Below, piece after piece: positions 36,342 through 43,016 of a DNA stretch of 43,016 nucleotides. Location: positions 1-43,016 of the IMG/VR virus record IMGVR_UViG_3300017780_004042; one strand, written 5' to 3'. The first letter of the stretch is position 1, and each line of letters begins with the position of its first letter. Source of the stretch: a virus. Lineage: Duplodnaviria > Caudoviricetes. A program made the translations under genes and the position numbers. The notes beneath the pieces were generated by a model. The model had not been told where the DNA came from and did no database searches. It saw only the letters and a list, made by a program, of their open reading frames with translations.

Positions 36342-36748
36342 TACGCGATTTCCTTGATGAAGTCAGCCCACTGTTCCGGCTTCAACTCTTTGGCGTTCTT
36401 GACGCCGAACTTGGCAGCGGCGGCCAAGACAGCAGCTTTGTCCGTTTTCATCTTTGTCAACACAGCGGTGCTGACATCGGCGTAGGTAATCTCAGCGGGG
36501 GCTGGTTCGGCAGGAGCAGTGGCTCCAGACGGGGCATCTACAGGCTTTGGGGCTTCCACCTTCGCCGCCTTCTCGATAGCGACCTTCGCCTTCTGTTCGG
36601 CGCGATGCTCTGGCACAGAGCCGATTGCGTTGACCAGCGTGTGTGTGCCGGTGGTCATGCCGGGGATTGCACCGGCGGCCTTGATGTAGGCCAGCGCGGC
36701 GCCTGCTGCGTCGATGTCATCGAACTCCAATGTGACTTTGATACCCAT
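36341..36748 (-). CDS. hypothetical protein usually preceding DUF2800
   Basis: Ala/Pro linker; C-terminal KFGVK...ELKPE; SD AAGGAG. Confidence 0.7.
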   Translation of the reverse strand: MGIKVTLEFDDIDAAGAALAYIKAAGAIPGMTTGTHTLVNAIGSVPEHRAEQKAKVAIEKAAKVEAPKPVDAPSGATAPAEPAPAEITYADVSTAVLTKMKTDKAAVLAAAAKFGVKNAKELKPEQWADFIKEIA

Positions 36749-36767
36749 GCCTTACTCCTTGTTAAAT

Positions 36768-36847
36768 ACAACATGTTTGTTGTTGGAATGGACGATACCA
36801 CAGCTTTATTGTCGAACACAACAATATTTGTACAAAGACCTTGTTGT
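36768..36847. promoter_or_regulatory. leftward operator cluster (OL-like)
   Basis: ACAA-N8-TTGT at 36768 and 36832; ACAA-N6-TTGT at 36818; AT-rich region upstream of early operon. Confidence 0.65.
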
Positions 36848-36858
36848 ATTGTCGGGTA

Positions 36859-36885
36859 TTAAAAAGCGGCCTCGGTGGACCGCTT
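36859..36885 (-). terminator. terminator of repressor gene
   Basis: Minus strand AAGCGGTCC-ACCGA-GGCCGCTT-TTT. Confidence 0.6.
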
Positions 36886-36910
36886 GTCGCTTACCTGTGC
36901 TGCTATCGTT

Positions 36911-37732
36911 TTAGAAGTCCTCGGGAGCGTCAACCACCTCCGTGGTGGACTCCTGATGTTCGTTCTTCTCTAGGGCGGCGATGTACTTGGCGGCTTGCGC
37001 CATGTCTTCGGCTAAAAGCACTGCCACCCCCATTATCCCCGCCTCCATGATGACGGTTTTTCCAACTGGATTGTTGTCATGGCTGGCCCAAATGTCCAGG
37101 CCACCCTTGACCAAAACCAAAGACGCCCTGGGGAGTTGGATGTTCGGGTGCAGGACTTTGATGACGTTGGTGAACAGGTAGAGCTGCTGCATAGCCAACC
37201 GGGCAGAGGTGAGCACACTCGGTATATTGACTGGGGATTTAACCTCTACGCACAGCTTGTCACTCAGGTAGTCCACCCGGTACACGGTGTCGATAAACGT
37301 CAGAGACTTCTCCACGTTGCCGCGCAGCTCAGAGGGTAGCAATTCGCGCAGAGTCAAATTTCGCTCCCTGCGTAACCGGGGTGTCCTCATTTCAGGGATC
37401 ACCGGCCTGACTTCCTCTTCTTCGGACAGACTCTCCTGCCTGCGCTGGAACATTGGTGCGCTGGAACTGGCAGAAGCCTTACCTATGGCCTCAGTCGCCA
37501 TCAGCAGGTCGCGCTTGGGTGGTAAGGCAGCAATGACTGAGGTGTTGCCGAAAAATGCAACCATGCGCTCGTACAGGTCGTGCCTGGGTAGGGATAGCCC
37601 CTTCTCCATTGCGGCTACGTTCTGTTGGCTTGTTTCGATCTTGTTGGAGAGCTGCGCCTGCGTTAAGCCAACGCGGATGCGCTCTGACCGCAAGGCTCTG
37701 GCGAAGGTGGTTTCAGATGTCGAAATGTTCAT
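36911..37732 (-). CDS. cI: CI-like XRE repressor with atypical C-terminal domain
   Basis: LR..R...GLTQAQL...IETSQQNVAAMEKG...PR HTH; divergent from cro; start ATG 37732 or GTG 37738. Confidence 0.8.
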   Translation of the reverse strand: MNISTSETTFARALRSERIRVGLTQAQLSNKIETSQQNVAAMEKGLSLPRHDLYERMVAFFGNTSVIAALPPKRDLLMATEAIGKASASSSAPMFQRRQESLSEEEEVRPVIPEMRTPRLRRERNLTLRELLPSELRGNVEKSLTFIDTVYRVDYLSDKLCVEVKSPVNIPSVLTSARLAMQQLYLFTNVIKVLHPNIQLPRASLVLVKGGLDIWASHDNNPVGKTVIMEAGIMGVAVLLAEDMAQAAKYIAALEKNEHQESTTEVVDAPEDF

Positions 37733-37736
37733 GACC

Positions 37737-37881
37737 ACAAGTGTCCTGTTGTCTTAGCCCCCTGGTATGTGCGTTGGCGAACACAGCACAAAGTATTGTT
37801 TGTACATTTTAACTATCGTCACAGGTTTTCAAACTTCAAGGACTATTACAAGTAAACTTTGTAAAACCATAAATTTGTTGT
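37737..37881. promoter_or_regulatory. cI/cro divergent operator cluster (OR-like)
   Basis: ACAA-N8-TTGT at 37737 and 37788; ACAA-N7-TTGT at 37848; ACCA-N8-TTGT at 37866. Confidence 0.65.
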
Positions 37882-37912
37882 ATTCTCGGCACTCCAAAAC
37901 GAGGGAAACAGC

Positions 37913-38146
37913 ATGGATAGCACTCAAAACTCGGGCATCGCAGATGCGATTTCCGTAGTCGGAAGCCAGGACGCACTGGCAAAAATCATCGGTTGCACCC
38001 AGCAAAACATCAGCGCGTGGGTTACACAGGGCTTCGTGCCCGTAGAGCATGTGGTCGCGGTGGAGCAGGCAACGGGAGTCCCCCGCGAACGCCTTGTGAA
38101 GCCCAAATTACTGGAGTTGCTTCGGCCCGAAACCTTTGAGGGGTGA
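37913..38146 (+). CDS. cro: Cro-like regulator (YdaS-type)
   Basis: AI..VGSQ.ALA..IG.TQQNIS.W..G.VP......VE.ATGVP...L. Confidence 0.88.
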   Translation: MDSTQNSGIADAISVVGSQDALAKIIGCTQQNISAWVTQGFVPVEHVVAVEQATGVPRERLVKPKLLELLRPETFEG

Positions 38147-38149
38147 GCT

Positions 38150-40390
38150 ATGGCTGACCCAAAGAACCCGCTTATAGCGGCGTTGGCCCCATTGACTTCG
38201 CGTGTTCGCACCGATGTTACGGCCAAGAAACTCAAAACAGGCAGCTCAGTGTGGACAAAAGAACCACTAACAGACCTGATGATGGCGAAGCACTTGAACG
38301 GCGGCCCTGCACGCGGCTGCGCGTTTATCAAACCCGGCCAGTCCTCCACGATGGTATCCACCCTCGATCTGGACTCTCACAAGGGTGAAGTCTCATGGGA
38401 AGTCATGTGCCAAGTGGCGCAGGGCATCATGGAAGTGCTGGTGTTCATGGGGGCGCACCCCGTAGCTTTCAGTTCTTCCGGTGGCAACGGAATCCACATC
38501 ATCGTCGTGTGGGGCACGCCCCAGGATGCGTACAGCGTGCGGCAGTTCATGGTCGGCGTGCTGGAGTCGGTTGGGCTGGCTGACGGCTCGGGTGGCGTGG
38601 CCAAGGGTCAGGTCGAAGTGTTCCCAAAGCAAGACAGCGTGGACGCTGACGGCTATGGCAACCAGTGCATCCTCCCGCTGGCGGGCAAGAGCGTACCGCT
38701 TGAGCCGCTGCTGGGGCTGGAGCGCATGGACAAGGACTACGCGCTGGGGCTGGAGTGGCACGACTCGGAGCCTGTGCCCGTGGTCGAGCGCCCGCCCGTG
38801 GCAGGCTCTGCCGGTGGTGTCGTGACTCTGGAAGAACTGACCGCCGCGCTGGACGCCCTACCCAACAGCGGTGAGCATGAGTTGGACTACGAGCATTGGC
38901 GTGATGTGATCTTCGGCATCCATCACGCCACAGGCGGCAGCGAGGAAGGGCTGGAGTTGGCACGCAAGTTCTCAGCCAAGTCGGCCAAGCACGACCCCAA
39001 GGTGCTGGAAGAACGCACATGGCCGTACATCAAGGCCAAACCCGGTGGCATCACAGGTAACACCGTGCTGTTCATGGCCCGAGAGGCTGGCTGGGAAGGT
39101 GTGCCGGATGTGTTTGATGCCGTAGTGGCGTTGGACTCGCCCACCGGGCAGGAGCCAGCCGCCCCGCCGAAGTTCAAGCGTGACAAAAAGGGCGCCATTG
39201 AAGCCACCATCGGCAATGTCCTGATGGCGCTGCGTGCCACGCACTACAGCGGCATGGTCATTCGCAAAGACAACTTCAAGGACGCCATCATGTTCGCCCC
39301 GGTTTGTGGCAACCAGTGGATGACGTTTGGTGATGACGACTACACCAGCCTGCGCGAGAGCTTGGAGCGTCGAGGCTTCAAACCACTTGGCCGGGAGCTG
39401 ATACGTGACGCCGTGGGCCTGGTGGCGCGAGACAACCAGTTTGACAGCGCAATCGAATGGCTCAATCAGCAGGGGTGGGATGGAGTAGGGCGGGTGGAGA
39501 CTTTCCTATCGGTGTATTTGGGTGTGCCCGACTCCCCATACATCAGAGCGGTCAGCCGCTATATCTGGACAGCACTCGCCGGAAGGGTGTTGGTGCCCGG
39601 CATCAAGACCGACATGGTGCCCATATTGGTTGGTGGCCAGGGTCTGCGCAAGTCCACGGCAGTGGCCGCCATGTCTCCCCATGAGGACTACTTCGCTGAG
39701 TTCAACTTGGCTGACCGCGATGCGGACATGAGCCGCAAGATGCGTGGCCGCTTGGTCGGTGAAATTGGTGAGCTTCGTGGCCTGCACACCAAAGACTTGG
39801 AATCCATCAAGTCGTTCCTGACACAGACACATGAGAAGTGGACCCCCAAGTTCAAAGAGTTTGAAACCACTTTCGCGCGACGGCTGGTGTTCTTTGGCAC
39901 CACCAACCAGGAAGAATTCTTGGCCGACCTCACCGGCAACCGCAGGTTCTTGCCGATAAAGCCGGTGGGCACTATTCGTGACCATGACGGCAAATGGATG
40001 ATTGATACAGACGCCATCGTGCGTGACCGCGACCAACTGTGGGCCGAGGGCGCAGCGATGTTTTCAGCATCTGGAGTGGCGTTTGCCGAGGCCGAATTTC
40101 TGGCCGAATCGGTCCATGAAGAACACGTTATCACCGACCCTTGGGCCGAAACCGTGAACGATTGGTTGGATGCCGTGGACCCCATAAATGGCGAAATTCC
40201 GCGAACGCGCAATTTTTTACGTGTTAGCGAAGTGGCGTTGGACGCGCTCGGTTTGGACGCAAAAAGCGTCGGGAAGGCGCAAGAAATGCGGATTGCGGCT
40301 GTTTTGAAGCAAATTGGCTATATCCGCAAGAAATTGCGGATTGGTGGAAGCCCCTCTTGGGTCTTTGTTCCCGCATGTTCCGACCTCTAA
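38150..40390 (+). CDS. primase-helicase (AEP-like + PriCT-2 + VirE/VapE-type ATPase)
   Basis: LDLD, SSGGNGIH, EVFPKQ; DYEHW..V..GIH; Walker A GGQGLRKST, EIGEL, GTTN, TGNRRF. Confidence 0.9.
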   Translation: MADPKNPLIAALAPLTSRVRTDVTAKKLKTGSSVWTKEPLTDLMMAKHLNGGPARGCAFIKPGQSSTMVSTLDLDSHKGEVSWEVMCQVAQGIMEVLVFMGAHPVAFSSSGGNGIHIIVVWGTPQDAYSVRQFMVGVLESVGLADGSGGVAKGQVEVFPKQDSVDADGYGNQCILPLAGKSVPLEPLLGLERMDKDYALGLEWHDSEPVPVVERPPVAGSAGGVVTLEELTAALDALPNSGEHELDYEHWRDVIFGIHHATGGSEEGLELARKFSAKSAKHDPKVLEERTWPYIKAKPGGITGNTVLFMAREAGWEGVPDVFDAVVALDSPTGQEPAAPPKFKRDKKGAIEATIGNVLMALRATHYSGMVIRKDNFKDAIMFAPVCGNQWMTFGDDDYTSLRESLERRGFKPLGRELIRDAVGLVARDNQFDSAIEWLNQQGWDGVGRVETFLSVYLGVPDSPYIRAVSRYIWTALAGRVLVPGIKTDMVPILVGGQGLRKSTAVAAMSPHEDYFAEFNLADRDADMSRKMRGRLVGEIGELRGLHTKDLESIKSFLTQTHEKWTPKFKEFETTFARRLVFFGTTNQEEFLADLTGNRRFLPIKPVGTIRDHDGKWMIDTDAIVRDRDQLWAEGAAMFSASGVAFAEAEFLAESVHEEHVITDPWAETVNDWLDAVDPINGEIPRTRNFLRVSEVALDALGLDAKSVGKAQEMRIAAVLKQIGYIRKKLRIGGSPSWVFVPACSDL

Positions 40391-40538
40391 ATCAGCGGTG
40401 GGAACGCTTTTTTCACTCTTATGTACCCACTGTTCCCACCGTTCCCACCTATTTCTATTGGGAGGATAGATATGACCCTATATAAGCATTTTCCAGACCT
40501 TATGGCGTTCCTACCATTTTGGAGGGAACGGTGGGAAC
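40367..40538. repeat. GTTCCCAC iteron-like cluster, candidate replication origin
   Basis: Nine exact or 1-mismatch 8-mers in both orientations around an AT-rich core. Confidence 0.65.
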
Positions 40539-40560
40539 GGCAAAAAGGCGGGGCCGCACG

Positions 40561-40773
40561 ATGACGCCGCCAACGGGGACCGAAAAGCGTGTGTGCGAAC
40601 TCATTGCGCAGCGCCAGCAACTCGGAATCAAAAAGTACGGAACCACAGTCTTTGACAACCCGCTCGACATGCGCCAGTGGCTTCGCCATGCCCTTGAGGA
40701 AAGTCTGGACCTGAGTGTCTACCTCCAACGCGCTATCGAAGAACTGGACAAGCAACAGGACGACATGAAATGA
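40561..40773 (+). CDS. small conserved phage helical protein
   Basis: R.Q.GIKKYGTT....L...QWL.HA.EE.LDL.VYL; MazG-like helical pattern. Confidence 0.65.
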   Translation: MTPPTGTEKRVCELIAQRQQLGIKKYGTTVFDNPLDMRQWLRHALEESLDLSVYLQRAIEELDKQQDDMK

Positions 40774-41141
40774 AAACCCCAACCGTTGACTTCGCCCGCG
40801 TCGAAGACCGCCACCGGGCCATCCACGACAGACTTCGGAACTGGAGCCGGTGGGTGGTGGTACACCCCCACGCCGGGGTCCACCCGATGTTCAAGAACTA
40901 CCGCAGCCACGCATGGCAGTGGCACACGCCGGAACACCGAGAAACCTGCGACACGCTCGACGCGCAGTGGCTAGAGCGTCTAGTGGCGAAGCTACCCTCT
41001 CGCCACAGGGACGCCGTGCGCTGGGCCTACGTGTACCGCTACACACCCGCCATCGCGTGCCGAGAGTTGGGATTGAGCTACGATGGCCTGTTCAAGCACC
41101 TGCGCGATGGTCGGCAGATGCTCATGGTCATGGTGGACTGA
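40770..41141 (+). CDS. Q-like late gene regulator with sigma region 4-like HTH
   Basis: HDRL.NW.RW N-terminus; V.KLP...R.AV...Y......ACRELGLS.......L; follows replication gene. Confidence 0.65.
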   Translation: MKTPTVDFARVEDRHRAIHDRLRNWSRWVVVHPHAGVHPMFKNYRSHAWQWHTPEHRETCDTLDAQWLERLVAKLPSRHRDAVRWAYVYRYTPAIACRELGLSYDGLFKHLRDGRQMLMVMVD

Positions 41142-41158
41142 GCAAAGGGGGAAAAACG

Positions 41159-41437
41159 ATGGCAATGACATCCTGCAAAGAGTGCGGTAAGGACATGAGC
41201 GACACCGCCAAAGCCTGCCCGCACTGCGGAGCCAGAATCTCCAAGACAAAGTGGTGGCTATGGATACCGCTAGGGCTGGTGGCGCTGGTCGTTCTCATAC
41301 CCCAGATCGTCAGCTCCCCGGCAGAGCGCAAAGCCCTGACCGACAGGGGTGACTGCGAGAGGGCGTTCCCGACAGAGCGAGGAAAGCGATGCGACGAGAT
41401 TTACAACGACACACTCAGAAGCGAGTCGGGAAAGTAG
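41159..41437 (+). CDS. zinc-ribbon membrane protein
   Basis: CKECG..MSD.A..CPHCGA, TM WWLWIPLGLVALVVLI, external Cys pair. Confidence 0.75.
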   Translation: MAMTSCKECGKDMSDTAKACPHCGARISKTKWWLWIPLGLVALVVLIPQIVSSPAERKALTDRGDCERAFPTERGKRCDEIYNDTLRSESGK

Positions 41438-41651
41438 GCTGCACACGCGGCGCAGGCGAGTAGGTTCACACCCACGGTTGGCTGGAAGCAAAATCGCTGT
41501 GGAAAGAGACTGGTTTTGCCCCAAAAAATCCCACGGGGGGTATTTTGGCCAAAAGCACGCGAAATCGGTTGGTAAGCGCTAACTTTGCTTAAAAAATAGG
41601 CAAAACGCATAGAACGCGCCACAATCGCGTAACGCTTTTTTGTAGGCTACC

Positions 41652-41921
41652 CTATTCATTTTCATTTTCAGAGCCTCCAGCGCTTGATTTTGCCCCTTCG
41701 CGCATAGCTAGAGCCCCCAAGCCCTTTTCAATGCGGATTTTGGGCAATGGCTCGGGCCTACCATCTCCAAAAATCCAATATTCGCCTTGGACATCACGCC
41801 CAAAAGCATGGGCGCGCCCGTTCCTGGTGAGCGTGCCCACTGGCGTTAAGCCCTGGGGGACCATACGCGCCAGCTCGCGCCATGCTTCGCCTGTTGATGT
41901 GACTGTAATTTTGTAGCCCAT
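41652..41921 (-). CDS. hypothetical protein
   Basis: SD AGGTG before ATG 41921; 89 aa. Confidence 0.55.
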   Translation of the reverse strand: MGYKITVTSTGEAWRELARMVPQGLTPVGTLTRNGRAHAFGRDVQGEYWIFGDGRPEPLPKIRIEKGLGALAMREGAKSSAGGSENENE

Positions 41922-41975
41922 AAATTCACCTTTTCCAATGGGCCGGGAGTGTAGGCGCATTGGAAAAAAGAACGC

Positions 41976-42007
41976 AAAAAAGGGCGCAGCTCTTTCGAAC
42001 TGCGCCC
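41976..42007 (-). terminator. intrinsic terminator of leftward small-gene cluster
   Basis: Minus strand GGGCGCAGTTC-GAAA-GAGCTGCGCCC-TTTTTT. Confidence 0.85.
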
Positions 42008-42066
42008 CCTAGGGATTCGGTTTTTTACGTGGACGGTGCCACGTTAGCGGATTGTTGCGGGTTACG

Positions 42067-42273
42067 TCATAGCGGTGTGTATCGCTTTAAGAACCGATGT
42101 GCACCGTTAGCGGTTTTCCATGTTCTAACGTCGCCCCCGGTAGTGTGAATATGGCCATAGTCCGTGCCAATAACAATATACGCATATTCGTTACCGGTAA
42201 CCCGGAAACGTGCAATAGTGGGTTTAACTTGTTGCCTTGTCCTAATATCTAGGCCATTCTCAAAGGTAATCAT
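42067..42273 (-). CDS. hypothetical protein
   Basis: Last ORF of a tightly packed chain ending at the terminator. Confidence 0.6.
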   Translation of the reverse strand: MITFENGLDIRTRQQVKPTIARFRVTGNEYAYIVIGTDYGHIHTTGGDVRTWKTANGAHRFLKRYTPL

Positions 42274-42274
42274 T

Positions 42275-42415
42275 TTAGAACCCCATACTTTTAATAATTA
42301 CAGAATGGCCCGTTGCCCGCAGTGTTGCCGCATAAATTCGCGCGCCAGTGCGGGTTGTAAATTTGCGGTATTCAGTGCCAGGAGAAAATACCAACCAATA
42401 AAGGGGTTTACTCAT
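42275..42415 (-). CDS. 46-aa hypothetical protein (not in ORF track)
   Basis: MSKPLYWLVFSPGTEYRKFTTRTGARIYAATLRATGHSVIIKSMGF; fills the gap exactly. Confidence 0.55.
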   Translation of the reverse strand: MSKPLYWLVFSPGTEYRKFTTRTGARIYAATLRATGHSVIIKSMGF

Positions 42416-42612
42416 ACGATAAACCCCATATCTTTTAGGAATTCCATGACAACCGATTTGTGACCCGCGAATACTTCACGGCCAAAACGTGACTTATATT
42501 CGTAGACATCCATTGTGTATTTATCCGTTCCCCAAATAGGGGAAACGATAGCGCGTTGGCGGGTGATGCTGTGCCTATAGGTTGGTAATTTGTGCAAATG
42601 TGGTTTTTTCAT
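42412..42612 (-). CDS. hypothetical protein
   Basis: ATG 42612 one base after the upstream stop. Confidence 0.55.
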   Translation of the reverse strand: MKKPHLHKLPTYRHSITRQRAIVSPIWGTDKYTMDVYEYKSRFGREVFAGHKSVVMEFLKDMGFIV

Positions 42613-42613
42613 G

Positions 42614-42838
42614 TTATTCGCCCCCATTGTCCAAAACGGACTCACATGCAAGATGGTGAAAAATGCAATCCCCTAGTTCTTTTGCCGCTTGCGAGTAAGT
42701 CAAATTTGTTTTGCGCTGCAATCCATAGGTGACAACAAAAAGCGCGCTTTCGGTGTCTTTTTGTTCTAAAGTGATAAGAGAATCGGTAGCGGCGCCGTTA
42801 TACGGATTTGGCCCGCCAAATTGAAAAACTGTTTTCAT
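42614..42838 (-). CDS. hypothetical protein
   Basis: ATGA overlap; F.VTYGLQ....LTY.QAAKELG.CIFH.LAC. Confidence 0.65.
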   Translation of the reverse strand: MKTVFQFGGPNPYNGAATDSLITLEQKDTESALFVVTYGLQRKTNLTYSQAAKELGDCIFHHLACESVLDNGGE

Positions 42839-43014
42839 ACTTCACCCGCCTTTACTTTATTTATTGCACCGGCGCGAGAATTAGCGCGCACATACGTTAC
42901 GCATGGTTGACCATCAAGCCACGCCCAGACGCCCCACACGTTAGAAGGCGTGCCCCAATATGCACCGCCCCTGTCGTAACCATCCCCGCCACCCTGGCGA
43001 CGCGCGTGCAAGCG
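42835..43014 (-). CDS. hypothetical protein, 5'-truncated by window end
   Basis: Open frame RLHARRQGGGDGYDRGGAYWGTPSNVW...YVRANSR..AI.KV; stop overlaps next start. Confidence 0.6.
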   Translation of the reverse strand, partial: RLHARRQGGGDGYDRGGAYWGTPSNVWGVWAWLDGQPCVTYVRANSRAGAINKVKAGEV

Positions 43015-43016
43015 CT

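Noticed and set aside
238-40212. Long antisense or alternate-frame ORFs (e.g. 4238-4924, 7519-8358, 30762-31634, 34735-35394)
   Set aside because: Shadows of well-supported genes in GC-rich, codon-biased DNA; no motifs or start context.
40367-40538. Mini CRISPR array
   Set aside because: Units are 8 bp, in both orientations, with no spacer-sized unique intervals.
1-43016. Window ends join into a complete circle
   Set aside because: No terminal overlap seen, and joining puts a TAG directly before the truncated 42835-43014 frame, so sequence is probably missing.

Overview
Near-complete genome of a temperate, long-tailed (siphovirus-type) dsDNA phage in non-integrated form, since attP is intact. 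The host is probably a betaproteobacterium, inferred from the tRNA-Leu(CAG) attP core. The + strand late operon (241-25942) runs: HNH, terminase, HK97-type portal/protease/capsid, an 8-gene fibre-like cassette between capsid and connector, neck, tail tube, frameshifted chaperone, tape measure, GTA-like tail tip, fibres and lysis genes. It is followed by attP, integrase and excisionase, then a - strand early operon of tightly coupled small genes, SNF2 helicase, VRR-NUC, family B DNA polymerase, HNH-like protein, SSB and Cas4-like exonuclease. A divergent cI/cro switch with ACAA-N8-TTGT boxes precedes a primase-helicase, an iteron-like repeat cluster, a Q-like regulator and a truncated leftward cluster of small genes. 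Most notable: (1) the cI-position protein carries a PD-(D/E)XK-like C-terminal domain instead of an S24 protease; (2) the putative head-appendage cassette has tandem polyglycine paralogues; (3) one beta-rich domain appears both inserted in the central tail protein and as a standalone gene; (4) exact short repeats mark gene junctions in the accessory operon. All family assignments come from motif recognition by eye, not database searches.
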